Assembly: GCA_934089275.1 (NCBI GenBank)
Contig: CAKOJJ010000001.1
Location: 180,296 to 244,295 of the forward strand
Source: an uncultured Bacilli bacterium
GTDB lineage: Bacteria > Bacillota_I > Bacilli_A > RF39 > UBA660
DNA length: 64,000 nt
Reading direction: 5' to 3'
Each line of letters starts with the position of its first letter. The first letter of the stretch is position 1. Under the pieces are notes generated by a model that did not search any database, had not been told where the DNA came from, and saw only the letters and a program-made list of their open reading frames with translations. Made by a program: the position numbers and the translations under genes. Positions 9,725 to 20,732 of this stretch are shown piece after piece.

Positions 9725-10435
9725 ATGGAAACAATTGGAGATCGAATAAAATTGGCAAGGAAAAAATGTGGTTACACACAAGATACATTAGCTAAAGCTT
9801 TATATTTTTCTGATAAGGCTATTTCAAGTTGGGAAAACAATCGTACTAAACCAGATATAAAAAGTCTTTGTATCTTAAGTGAAACTCTAAATACAACAAT
9901 TGATTATTTGCTATATGGAACTAAACCAAATAATAAAGATGAAATCGAATTAAAATTTCGTGTTACTGATGATGAATATTTAAGAATATTAAATGATGTA
10001 AAATCAAATTCATCATTTATTGAAAAATTTAAACAAATTGACGAATATTTTATTATGAATAAAGAAAACAGTTGGCTTAGAATAAGAGAAAATAAAAACA
10101 ACATCACTTTATCTTTAAAAAAGAAAATCAAAGATAACAAATACTCTAAAAATATAGTTTCTATAGATAATAAACAAAATATGTTAGAGATACTTTCCTT
10201 CCTTGGCTATAAAAGTTTAGGAATTATAGATAAGGAACGTACAATTTATAAATATTTAGACGATTTTCTTATATCTTTTGATATAGTTACCGATTTAGGT
10301 AAATTTATTGAATTTAAATCCATAAATTTAGAAAACAATTCTTATGAGAAAATCTTTTCTGTTTGTAAACACTTCTCTATTAATATAAAAAATATAGAAA
10401 CAAAGAAATATATCGAATTAAAAGATCATCTATGA
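9725..10435 (+). CDS. XRE-family HTH fused to a CYTH (CyaB/thiamine-triphosphatase-like) domain
   Basis: N-terminus IGDRIKLARKKCGYTQDTLAKALYFSDKAISSWENNRTKPD is an XRE HTH. The C-terminal domain opens with the CYTH EXEXK signature (EIELKFRV), followed by WLRIRE...LSLKKK. Confidence 0.75.
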   Translation: METIGDRIKLARKKCGYTQDTLAKALYFSDKAISSWENNRTKPDIKSLCILSETLNTTIDYLLYGTKPNNKDEIELKFRVTDDEYLRILNDVKSNSSFIEKFKQIDEYFIMNKENSWLRIRENKNNITLSLKKKIKDNKYSKNIVSIDNKQNMLEILSFLGYKSLGIIDKERTIYKYLDDFLISFDIVTDLGKFIEFKSINLENNSYEKIFSVCKHFSINIKNIETKKYIELKDHL

Positions 10436-11557
10436 GATGACCTTTTTTAGTTCTACAGATGGTCCATCAACTGACTTCGCATAATTATCATATTCTTGAT
10501 TATCACTTACATCTTTTATTGTTTTAATAAATGGTGGAATACTTACTTTTTCTCCATCACTTAAATTAATTTCTAAATATCCGTATTCTTCATATCTTTC
10601 TCCATCAACAAAGACATCTACATACATATAAGTATTTTGATAAGTAAAATATACACGATATTTTCTAATAGTAGAAGAACCAGGTATTTTAAAATTAATT
10701 AATTCATCATAAATTTTTTCTGATATTCTTTTAGAACTTACAAGTATTTTTTCAGCATTATTTTTTTCATAAACAGTTAACTCGTATGAAACAGAATCAT
10801 TTATAGTTGTTTTTCTTAATCTCTTTTCTTCACCTTTAGAACTAACTAAATAACTTTGTTCAATAAATGAAGAAACTCCATTTTCAAAAAGATAATTTAA
10901 ATCGCTTTTATTAATATTAATTAAATATTTCCTTTGCTTCTTTATAGTTTTTTTATCAAGTAACTCATTAATATAACTTATAACTTCATTTACTTTATCA
11001 TCCATTTTTTCTTTTGGAGCAACAATTTTAACCTTAGGATGTCCAACCCAGCTTTTTAGAGTTTTCTCGCCTAATTCTAATGCAACATCAGCACTTTCAC
11101 TTCTAGCTTTATTATTTTCTAAAGTATAGAAACTTTTTGCTCCAACCAAATCAATAACTAAATCATATTTATTTAAAATACTTGAATAACTATTTGGACA
11201 TACTTGATTTAAAAGATCATTAAAATCTTTATCACCAATATACGCTTTATTATCAATTACTCCACGATCATAGATAACTAAAATGTCCTTATCTGGATGA
11301 TTTTTCGCATATAATTCAATTGCCTTGTCATATATTTGTTCTTTACTAAGTTGTAAAGAAAGCACTAGTTCTTGAAAATCAAGTAAATCAATCTTATCAT
11401 CACCGAATGGTTTAATACCTGAATTAATTATCTCTGTTGCTGTCTCACCTACTACAATAACTTTTACTCCAAGAGATGAATATATATTCACAATACTATT
11501 TAAAACAGTTGTTTTTCCACTCCCTGGTCCTCCAGTTAATACAATTTTCTTTTCCAT
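10430..11557 (-). CDS. P-loop ATPase/kinase (NadR-like AAA) fused to a CYTH-like C-terminal domain
   Basis: Walker A GGPGSGKTT at the N-terminus. The C-terminal ~170 aa begin KKQRKYLI, in place of the E-x-E-x-K seen in active CYTH enzymes, so the acidic motif looks degenerate. Confidence 0.6.
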   Translation of the reverse strand: MEKKIVLTGGPGSGKTTVLNSIVNIYSSLGVKVIVVGETATEIINSGIKPFGDDKIDLLDFQELVLSLQLSKEQIYDKAIELYAKNHPDKDILVIYDRGVIDNKAYIGDKDFNDLLNQVCPNSYSSILNKYDLVIDLVGAKSFYTLENNKARSESADVALELGEKTLKSWVGHPKVKIVAPKEKMDDKVNEVISYINELLDKKTIKKQRKYLININKSDLNYLFENGVSSFIEQSYLVSSKGEEKRLRKTTINDSVSYELTVYEKNNAEKILVSSKRISEKIYDELINFKIPGSSTIRKYRVYFTYQNTYMYVDVFVDGERYEEYGYLEINLSDGEKVSIPPFIKTIKDVSDNQEYDNYAKSVDGPSVELKKVIS

Positions 11558-12106
11558 TTAATAAATTCTCCTTATCATTTTTTTACTTTTATCAAATTCA
11601 TGAATACTGGCATGAGTAACTAAAAATTTTTCTTTATCCATATCAAGAGGAATATTAAGTAAATTATAATAAATCATATTTATAACCCCTCGATGCGTAA
11701 CAACTAAAGTATCATCGTCAAAACTATCGATCAAGCTATTTATTCTTTTATACAAATCCTTCAACGATTCACCTTCTGGATAAATCGTATCGGCACTAAC
11801 ACTTTTAATAAAAGTTTTATCAATTTGTTTTAATTTTTTTCTTTCTAAACCATTATATATACCTTTATTTTGTTCTCTTAAAGTTTCTAAATAGGTTACA
11901 TCTTTATTCAAAATATTACCAATAATTAAAGCACTTTCTTTAGCTCTTGCAACATCACTAGAAATTATTCTTTTGATATTAAGATTATTTTTTATCCAAA
12001 CTGCCGAATCCTCAATCTGTTTTCTACCATCAGCAGTTAAACTAATGTTGCTCCAACCACCTATATAACTTTCATCATCAAGTCCGTGTCTTATAAAATA
12101 TATCAT
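11558..12106 (-). CDS. histidine phosphatase (PGAM/CobC-like) family protein
   Basis: N-terminal MIYFIRHG (RHG catalytic motif) and a later VTHRGVI. Its stop codon abuts the start of the P-loop-CYTH gene. Confidence 0.8.
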   Translation of the reverse strand: MIYFIRHGLDDESYIGGWSNISLTADGRKQIEDSAVWIKNNLNIKRIISSDVARAKESALIIGNILNKDVTYLETLREQNKGIYNGLERKKLKQIDKTFIKSVSADTIYPEGESLKDLYKRINSLIDSFDDDTLVVTHRGVINMIYYNLLNIPLDMDKEKFLVTHASIHEFDKSKKMIRRIY

Positions 12107-12143
12107 CTCATCACCTCAATTAAACTATATCACGAGAACACAA

Positions 12144-12169
12144 CAAAAAAACTCTACAGTTTGTAGAGT
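12144..12169 (-). terminator. rho-independent terminator after the PQ-loop gene
   Basis: actctac / gtagagt stem (12151..12169), with a T7 run on the minus strand. Confidence 0.55.
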
Positions 12170-12171
12170 CA

Positions 12172-12432
12172 TCATTTGTGTCTATAAAGAAGTGTTAAAA
12201 ACAATATAAGTAAACAAAACGAAAATTCCAAAGTATTTTCAAGCCTTAACATAAATTCATTTGTACAAAGATATGCATATAACACGTAAGATAAAGAAGA
12301 AATTACCCATAGTATCCAAGACGATACGCTTATATCATCACTTTCTTTAGTTTTAATGAGCTTTATTGCTTGTGGCAAAAAACTTACTAAAGTACACATA
12401 GAAACCGTTCCAAGTAAAATATTTGCTAACAT
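12172..12432 (-). CDS. PQ-loop / SemiSWEET-type 3-TM transporter
   Basis: 86 aa with three TM helices and the LPQAIKLIKTKES PQ-loop motif. Confidence 0.7.
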   Translation of the reverse strand: MLANILLGTVSMCTLVSFLPQAIKLIKTKESDDISVSSWILWVISSLSYVLYAYLCTNEFMLRLENTLEFSFCLLILFLTLLYRHK

Positions 12433-12444
12433 AATTAAACTCCT

Positions 12445-13047
12445 TTACAACACTTTTTCATATATATAAACATCTTCTTTATATGTTTTTCCATTTTCAC
12501 CGTATGCTTTAGATTCTATCGTCGTTTCATAAATACGTTTACATCCAGTTGCCTCGTAAATATAATAAGAACATGAATCATCTGTTAAAATTTGAAGTTT
12601 TTTTAAACCATCCTTTTTTGCTAAAGTAAATATATCAGTTAACAATTTTTTACCGATACCTTTACCTCTAGTTTTTTTATCAAGTATAAGAATAGATAAC
12701 TCTCCATCAAAATAATTTCTTAGTTTCTCTGGAACATAATCGTATGTTTCATCATATTTTATTAAAGCATCCTTATCTTTTATTTTTTTGCTTTTATATA
12801 ATTGCTCTCTAATAAATTTAGCCAATTTTTTTCTAAAGAGATGTTTTCTTGAACCATTTTTAGAATAACCTGCATAACCCAAAAGTTTGCCATTCTCACG
12901 ATAATAAACAAACTTTTCTGTTTCCTCGATTTGTTCTAACAAATAGATAAAAGCACATAATTCATGTGGAGCTCCAGATTCCGTCGTACCTAAATTCCAC
13001 TCTTCTACAAGCATACGCACTTGAGCCTTTATATCTTTAAGCAGCAT
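12445..13047 (-). CDS. GNAT family N-acetyltransferase
   Basis: Acetyl-CoA motif TRGKGIGKKLL within a 200-aa protein. Confidence 0.7.
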   Translation of the reverse strand: MLLKDIKAQVRMLVEEWNLGTTESGAPHELCAFIYLLEQIEETEKFVYYRENGKLLGYAGYSKNGSRKHLFRKKLAKFIREQLYKSKKIKDKDALIKYDETYDYVPEKLRNYFDGELSILILDKKTRGKGIGKKLLTDIFTLAKKDGLKKLQILTDDSCSYYIYEATGCKRIYETTIESKAYGENGKTYKEDVYIYEKVL

Positions 13048-13107
13048 ACTATCACCAAAGAAATTATATCACATACCTAAAACTTATTTATATTTCTTAC
13101 ATTTGCT

Positions 13108-14790
13108 TTACAAATTTTTCTCAATAATTTTCTTTAGCATTGTAGAAACTTCTTCAAAAGATTTCTCTTCAAATGGATTTGGCATTTTATACAAATCAAT
13201 TAATTTTTTAAATGGATAGTATGATGCAACTGCAGCAACATTTCTAAAAGTATCCAAGTTTTGGCTTGATTTATTCCAAATCGCTAGAGCACAAAAATAC
13301 GAAAGTGCATAATCAATATAATAAAAAGGATCGGTATAAATATGCGTTTGTCTAAAATAATAATTTCCATTTTCAAGATTCTTGTTACCAATATATCCTT
13401 CATATAAATGATATTTCTTAGAAAGTTCCACATAAGTAGAACTTATATCTTCAACTTTTAAATTTTCATTTTTATAAATTGTTTCTTGAAACTCATCGAT
13501 CAAACAAATGTAAGGCATTACCGTAATTAAATTATATATACATAAAAAACCGTACTTCTTTTTATCATCATGCGTAAATAGAACATCAACATAGTCTGAT
13601 GCAATAAGCTGCATTGCATGAGAAAATATTTCAGCAATTTCAAATGTTGGATACTTTAAAAGTGGAGAAACAATATGATGTTTATCTTCTATATTAGCAA
13701 GATATTTTTGAAATGCGTGTCCCATCTCATGTGTCGTTGTAAGAACATCATTATAATTTCCCTTATAATTACCTGTTATTACCGGTACCCCTTCACAAAC
13801 TAAATAATTAGTTATCGAAAAATTAACTTTATTATCCCTTGTACAAAAATCAATATAACCATTAGAAAGCATATTTTTAAATAAGTTTCCTAATTCTTCA
13901 TCAATAGAAGTAAACACACTTTTCATATGCTCTAGTAATTCTTCGTTACAATATAACGGCTTAGGTGAATCATTAAATAAAACTGTGTCATAATAAGTCA
14001 ATTTATCAACACCTAGTTGTTGTTTTTTAAATTCGTTTAACAATTTGCATAAAGGTATAAAATACTTTATAACATTTTCTCTAAAAGTCTTAATATCAGT
14101 ATAATCATACCCAAATCTTCTCAAGTTGTGTAAACTATATTCAGAATAATCATTAAACCCTAATCTTTTAGCCATTTTATTACGAACATTGACTAATTCA
14201 TAAAGAACATTTATGTATTTATTTCTTTGATTATAATAATATTCATTTACTGCATCATGTGCTCTCTTTCGCATATTTCTATCATTAGAAGTAAAATATT
14301 TTGCTATACGTGGAAGTGTTAAACTTTCTCCTTCAAATTCAATTGTGTTCTTATTCAAAGCACGATATTCAGACTTTAATTCATTTTCTTTTTGTTTCAA
14401 ATCAACTACTTCATCACTTATAATTTTTACTCTTGAAGCAATAGTATGAAAAAAATTTTCAGGAATTAGAGAACTTAGGTTTTCCTTAAATTCAGTATTC
14501 AACATAACATGATAAAAAGGAACAAATAATAAATCAAACTTAGGTTTAGCTGAATTCCAATATTCTATCTCTTTTTTATAAAATTCATCATCTAAAGCAC
14601 GCATATTTTGAATATCCGCATAGTCATACATCTCTTCAATCTCGTTTTGAATTTCAATTACTTCTTTAACTAATTTTAAAAAACTTTCAAAATTTTTAGT
14701 TTGTTTTAACTTTTGAATTATTTTTTCTAACTTTACCATTGTTTTTTCATAATCAATTCTTTTATAGTCAATATCTTTAATGTTTTTCAT
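13108..14790 (-). CDS. pepF: M3B oligoendopeptidase F
   Basis: 560 aa with the zinc motif HEMGHAF. Length and layout are typical of PepF. Confidence 0.85.
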   Translation of the reverse strand: MKNIKDIDYKRIDYEKTMVKLEKIIQKLKQTKNFESFLKLVKEVIEIQNEIEEMYDYADIQNMRALDDEFYKKEIEYWNSAKPKFDLLFVPFYHVMLNTEFKENLSSLIPENFFHTIASRVKIISDEVVDLKQKENELKSEYRALNKNTIEFEGESLTLPRIAKYFTSNDRNMRKRAHDAVNEYYYNQRNKYINVLYELVNVRNKMAKRLGFNDYSEYSLHNLRRFGYDYTDIKTFRENVIKYFIPLCKLLNEFKKQQLGVDKLTYYDTVLFNDSPKPLYCNEELLEHMKSVFTSIDEELGNLFKNMLSNGYIDFCTRDNKVNFSITNYLVCEGVPVITGNYKGNYNDVLTTTHEMGHAFQKYLANIEDKHHIVSPLLKYPTFEIAEIFSHAMQLIASDYVDVLFTHDDKKKYGFLCIYNLITVMPYICLIDEFQETIYKNENLKVEDISSTYVELSKKYHLYEGYIGNKNLENGNYYFRQTHIYTDPFYYIDYALSYFCALAIWNKSSQNLDTFRNVAAVASYYPFKKLIDLYKMPNPFEEKSFEEVSTMLKKIIEKNL

Positions 14791-14808
14791 GGCTAAACTA
14801 CTTCCTTT

Positions 14809-15522
14809 CTATTTTAACTTTTCAAAAATATCTTTTAAATCATCATGAATTACTAAAGTAGCATAATTATCGTATGGAGTTTCGCTTTCATTTAATATAA
14901 TTAAATTTTTTCCTTTAAACAAACTTACTAAACCCGCTGCGGGATTAACAGTTAATGAAGAACCAGCAACTATCAAAGTTTCACAAGAAGAAATTTCTAT
15001 TATTGCTTTTTCATAATCTTCATTTAAACTTTCACCATATAAAATTACTTCAGGTCGAATTATACCACCACATGAACACAAAGGTATATCATCGGCAAAG
15101 AATATATAAGATGCATCATATTTTTTACCACACTTCATACAATGATTTTTATAAATTGTACCATGAATTTCTAAAACATGATTTAACCCTGCTTTTTTAT
15201 GAAGACCATCAATATTTTGAGTTATAACACATCTTAATTTGTTTTGGTCATTCAACTTTTTTAAAACCTCATGAATAATATTTGGCGAAGCATCTAGACA
15301 ATTCAAATTGTTTTTATAAAATTTATAAAATAAGAACGGATTATTTTCTAAACAATTTATACTCAATAGATATTCTGGAGATACTTCTAAATCCATTTTA
15401 TATATTCCATTTTTACCTCTAAAATCTTTTATTCCAGACAAAGTAGAAGTACCTGCTCCATCAAAAAATACGATATCATTTGAAGAGTTAATAATTTCTT
15501 GAAGTTTTTCAATTTTTTCCAT
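14809..15522 (-). CDS. cobB: NAD-dependent protein deacylase (Sir2 family)
   Basis: GAGTSTLSGIKDFRG, QNIDGLH and HG motifs, plus Zn-ribbon cysteines (CMKCGKKY ... CSCGG). Start placed at the internal MEKIEKLQ; the exact start is uncertain. It overlaps the 3' end of the upstream radical SAM gene. Confidence 0.85.
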   Translation of the reverse strand: MEKIEKLQEIINSSNDIVFFDGAGTSTLSGIKDFRGKNGIYKMDLEVSPEYLLSINCLENNPFLFYKFYKNNLNCLDASPNIIHEVLKKLNDQNKLRCVITQNIDGLHKKAGLNHVLEIHGTIYKNHCMKCGKKYDASYIFFADDIPLCSCGGIIRPEVILYGESLNEDYEKAIIEISSCETLIVAGSSLTVNPAAGLVSLFKGKNLIILNESETPYDNYATLVIHDDLKDIFEKLK

Positions 15523-16564
15523 ATCCATCACCATACACTTTTTTACATAAAGGATAAGCTCTAGTGCCAACTCCACTTATATGAAAATCATCTAAGTTCT
15601 CATAAATGTTATAATGTTTAATTCCATATTTTTGATATTCTTCATCACTCAATTCTTTAAAAGCTGGACAAGGCAAAATAGTTCCATCATACTTTATATC
15701 AATCTTTTGAAGTCCAGCAGTACATGCATGAGTTTGTTCATCACTAAGAGGAATGCCAATTCTTATGTTACCAGAATAAACCTTTTTAGCTTGTTCAAGT
15801 AAAGAAAAAAATTCTTCTTTTTCTTCTTTTGATAAAGCTAACGAACTTGCATTTTCTTTACCTCTTCCTTGAGGAACAAAATTAAGTAGACTTATATTTG
15901 GAACCTTAACAATTTCAATAAGTTCTAATAAATCAAGTATTTCTTTATAGTTTAACTTATTTGGAATAAAATGAACATCAACATCCATTCCTAAAAATGT
16001 TGCATTAAAAAGCGAATCCAGAAGACAAACTCGCATTGATTCTTTTCTTCCCATAAGTATTTCATCAGTTTCATATTCATAAGCTTGAATATCAAAAACA
16101 ATTTTTGAAAGTCCTGCATTCTTCAATTCAATTATTTTTTGTTTGGGTATTCCAGAATAAGTCTTATCTTTCAAAATATTATCATAATACTTTTTTACAC
16201 TATTTATAGTAAAAGTATCATCAGGATCAATAGATTTTAAAGCTGCTTCTTTCTCTTTTAAAAAATAAGCAATTTCTCCATCTCTCAATTTGTTAGCAAA
16301 TTGTATTCCACTTGTAAATAAAGTAACTTTTATTCCTAATTTTGAAGCATAACTAATCATTTCCAATAAGTTTGGATGAAGCAATGGTTCCCCACCAGAT
16401 AAAGACAATTCTTCAATTCCTCCAGTAGATACAAAATAATCAATAACTCTTTTAAAATCATCTAAAGAGATAAAAGTGTTTCTATTCATACATGAATTTG
16501 AGGAACAAAACATACATTTATTTGGACATTTATTAAGTATTTCAAAACATAAATCTTTAACCAT
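15509..16564 (-). CDS. radical SAM protein with a Cys-containing C-terminal (twitch/SPASM-like) extension
   Basis: CPNKCMFC (CxxxCxxC) and SLSGGEPLL motifs. The C-terminal region has HACTAG...DGTILPCP. Start moved to MVKDLCF, preceded by AGGTGG. Confidence 0.75.
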   Translation of the reverse strand: MVKDLCFEILNKCPNKCMFCSSNSCMNRNTFISLDDFKRVIDYFVSTGGIEELSLSGGEPLLHPNLLEMISYASKLGIKVTLFTSGIQFANKLRDGEIAYFLKEKEAALKSIDPDDTFTINSVKKYYDNILKDKTYSGIPKQKIIELKNAGLSKIVFDIQAYEYETDEILMGRKESMRVCLLDSLFNATFLGMDVDVHFIPNKLNYKEILDLLELIEIVKVPNISLLNFVPQGRGKENASSLALSKEEKEEFFSLLEQAKKVYSGNIRIGIPLSDEQTHACTAGLQKIDIKYDGTILPCPAFKELSDEEYQKYGIKHYNIYENLDDFHISGVGTRAYPLCKKVYGDGYGKN

Positions 16565-16639
16565 AAAACCACCTAAACTATGTATATTATAACATGTATA
16601 GTGCTTAACATAGAAAAAATGCATATCATTCTATGCATT

Positions 16640-17257
16640 TTAATTATATTTTTTTACTTTACCAAATCTATTGAAAGGAAATAAGATTAGTTCAGTTGTT
16701 CCTTTAACATCTTTAAAAGGAATAGTTCCAATCATTCTTGAATCTTTAGAATCATCTCTGTTATCTCCCATTACAAAGTATTCACCTTCGGGAACTGTTA
16801 TTTCTTCACTACAAACCGTCCACGTTGTTTCACAAGTTCCAATTTTCTTAGAAGTAGTTAAAAACTTTTCTTCTACAACCTCACCATTTATAGTTAAAAC
16901 TCCCGTTTTTTCTTCATTAACATATTTTACTTCATATTTTATTTTGTCACCAGGTAAACCAATAACTCTTTTAATCAAATCTCCAGAATCAGTTTTGATA
17001 ACAACAATATCAAACCTTTTTATTCCTCTTATACTTTTAGTCAATTTATAAAGAATCATCGTATCTCCATTTTGTAATGTAGGACTCATACTTGATCCTT
17101 TGACATTAATCGGCGTTGCCACAAATAATCTAATTATTACTACAAAAAATATAATAATCAAATATGGCATATATTCTAAAAACAAATCTTTGCTTGCTTT
17201 TTTAGTATTTTTATTTATATTTTCTTTTTCTTCTATTGTTAAATCTTTCTCGCTCAT
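16640..17257 (-). CDS. lepB: signal peptidase I
   Basis: GSSMSPTL catalytic Ser box, RVIGLPGD and GDNRDDSKDSR boxes, and an N-terminal TM helix. Confidence 0.85.
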   Translation of the reverse strand: MSEKDLTIEEKENINKNTKKASKDLFLEYMPYLIIIFFVVIIRLFVATPINVKGSSMSPTLQNGDTMILYKLTKSIRGIKRFDIVVIKTDSGDLIKRVIGLPGDKIKYEVKYVNEEKTGVLTINGEVVEEKFLTTSKKIGTCETTWTVCSEEITVPEGEYFVMGDNRDDSKDSRMIGTIPFKDVKGTTELILFPFNRFGKVKKYN

Positions 17258-17290
17258 TTTTATTCACCTAATTAATTGTATCAAAAAGTC

Positions 17291-17318
17291 AAAAAAAAAG
17301 AAACTATTATTAGTTTCT
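17291..17318 (-). terminator. hairpin plus T-run overlapping the rplS stop codon
   Basis: agaaacta (17299..17306) pairs with tagtttct (17311..17318), followed by T9 on the minus strand. The stem includes the last rplS codons. Confidence 0.5.
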
Positions 17319-17648
17319 TTCTTTAATTTTAATATCTTTAGCACTATTGTCAAGATAGTTAAGTTTAGCTCTACGAACCATACCTTTTCTTACAACTGTT
17401 ATTTTATCAACTAATGGAGAATTTACTTTAAAAATTCTTTTAACAACAATTCCTCCACTTTTCTTTCTAACAGTGAAAGTTCTTGATATTTTACTACCTT
17501 TAATAGAAGTTACGATTCCTTCATAAGCTTGGATTCTGTGAGTTTTACCTTCTTGAATTTTGTAATCAACTCTTACAGTATCTCCAACACGAAATTCAGG
17601 AACATCAGTTCTAACACTTTTTGCATCTACGATATCTTTTAAGTTCAT
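17310..17648 (-). CDS. rplS: 50S ribosomal protein L19
   Basis: MNLKDIVDAKSVRTDVPEFRVGDTVRVDYKIQEGKTHRIQAYEGIV... is canonical L19. Start set at the ATG behind AAAGGA rather than the upstream ORF start. Confidence 0.92.
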   Translation of the reverse strand: MNLKDIVDAKSVRTDVPEFRVGDTVRVDYKIQEGKTHRIQAYEGIVTSIKGSKISRTFTVRKKSGGIVVKRIFKVNSPLVDKITVVRKGMVRRAKLNYLDNSAKDIKIKERN

Positions 17649-17835
17649 GATATACATCCTTTCTCTATAACATACACCCATATAATCATTGATAATCACC
17701 AAGCGGATTACATTTAGCTCTTTTCCAAAAGCACATATATTTTAGCATAAATATTTAATACTTTCAATACTAAACTTGATTTTTTATATTTTTATATTTA
17801 TAATACATACACTGAAAGAAAAAAGGAGAAATCAT

Positions 17836-18753
17836 ATGATTACCAAAAAATCGACATCAGGCTATACAACAGCATTATATGCAAACTATTTTGATAAATG
17901 CGGCATAAGAAGCTTTGAAGATATAAGTGATGAAAAATTAGATAGTTTGAAGAAAAAAGCTATTGAAATAAATAAAAAATTGAAAAAAGATGACGATCCA
18001 AACTACTATGTAACTTTACTAGATTATATTAGAGACAATATTACAGATTTAAATGAAACCGAAAAAGTATTACTATTAGTTCTAATCATCGATCCTGATT
18101 GCATTACTTGGAAGCTTTATAATAGCACAAAAATTCCTGATATAAGTGAGATGAAGAAAGCTTACACTCAAGCTAAAACTATAAAAGAGAAAAGCGAGAC
18201 CAAATTAAAATATGAAGATGCTATAAGAAAAAGAACAAGATCGATTATTGCTCTATCCAATAAAATTCAAGATGAGGTTGGCATATTTCTTCAACCAATT
18301 ATACCAATAGAAAAATTATATTTAAACAGAAAGAACTATTTAACATTAAAAAAATGCACTAATAAAGATAACTTAACAATCTTAAATCAAGTACTAAAGA
18401 AATTAGATTTAATCAAAGAAATAACTGAAGAACGTAAAGAAGCTTTGAATAAAAGCTTAAAACATTATCAAGAAAAATTTCCTAAAGTTGATATCAATTT
18501 ATTGATATATCATGTATTTGCACAAGCAGAAACTCTTGGTTTAAAAACCGCAAGTGAACAACTTTACTTTTTAATAAACGCTGCTCAATTAGGTTATGAA
18601 GAAGACGAAACACTAGCAGCTATTTATCAATATTATTGTACTTGGGATGCCATGAACGAAGAATTAAAAAGAGTTTATGGATATAGTTCGATACCTTTAT
18701 TAAAACTACAAGGTTATTATAATACGATATACAATGTCAAAGGAGACTTTTAA
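17836..18753 (+). CDS. hypothetical protein
   Basis: Start set at the ATG preceded by AAAAGGAGA (MITKKSTSGY...). Lys/Glu-rich, with no recognised motif. Confidence 0.5.
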   Translation: MITKKSTSGYTTALYANYFDKCGIRSFEDISDEKLDSLKKKAIEINKKLKKDDDPNYYVTLLDYIRDNITDLNETEKVLLLVLIIDPDCITWKLYNSTKIPDISEMKKAYTQAKTIKEKSETKLKYEDAIRKRTRSIIALSNKIQDEVGIFLQPIIPIEKLYLNRKNYLTLKKCTNKDNLTILNQVLKKLDLIKEITEERKEALNKSLKHYQEKFPKVDINLLIYHVFAQAETLGLKTASEQLYFLINAAQLGYEEDETLAAIYQYYCTWDAMNEELKRVYGYSSIPLLKLQGYYNTIYNVKGDF

Positions 18754-18762
18754 AGTCTCCTT

Positions 18763-20200
<1,438 letters not shown>

Positions 20201-20238
20201 CTATATTTAATCAAAAATAAAAACACACTTAAGTGTCT

Positions 20239-20685
20239 TTATTTGTTTTTTGTTGATAGTGCCATTCTTAAGCAATTATCAGCATTTGTTTTTCTCATTC
20301 TATATCTTTTTTCACTAATATATGAAGAAATTTCATCTTTATCTTTATAATAAGTTTGGAAAGGTTCACTATCTTCTTCATCAACAAAATTTATAGGGAA
20401 CAAAGCTTGTTCTCCATCAACATACGCAAGAGAACATACATTTCCTTGCAAATCTATATAATAACGAATGATCGCATCAACTAAGTCATCTTGAACTGCA
20501 ATTACTTCATTTGAATAATCATAAACCATACCTTTAACAAATGGAGTAATTCTATCCAATTGACCATTAACTAAAACTTTTGCATAAGCAACTTCATTAT
20601 TATAACTAAAAATTGCTCTAGTTTTCTTTTCATTTTCCCAAAGAACCTCAACTTCATCTTTTGAAAAAATAATATTTTTTATCAT
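20239..20685 (-). CDS. hypothetical protein
   Basis: Sits between queA and tgt. Start set at the ATG 8 nt after AGGTGG. No recognised motif. Confidence 0.45.
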   Translation of the reverse strand: MIKNIIFSKDEVEVLWENEKKTRAIFSYNNEVAYAKVLVNGQLDRITPFVKGMVYDYSNEVIAVQDDLVDAIIRYYIDLQGNVCSLAYVDGEQALFPINFVDEEDSEPFQTYYKDKDEISSYISEKRYRMRKTNADNCLRMALSTKNK

Positions 20686-20732
20686 AACCATTACCACCTA
20701 AAAACATATTATAAATAAAAGATTTTTCTATG

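Noticed and set aside
14809-15522. Sir2 domain as an anti-phage effector (Thoeris, DSR or similar)
   Set aside because: It has normal sirtuin length, with the Zn-ribbon cysteines and the GAG/QNID/HG motifs of CobB-type deacylases. It has no fused sensor domain and no known defence partner genes.
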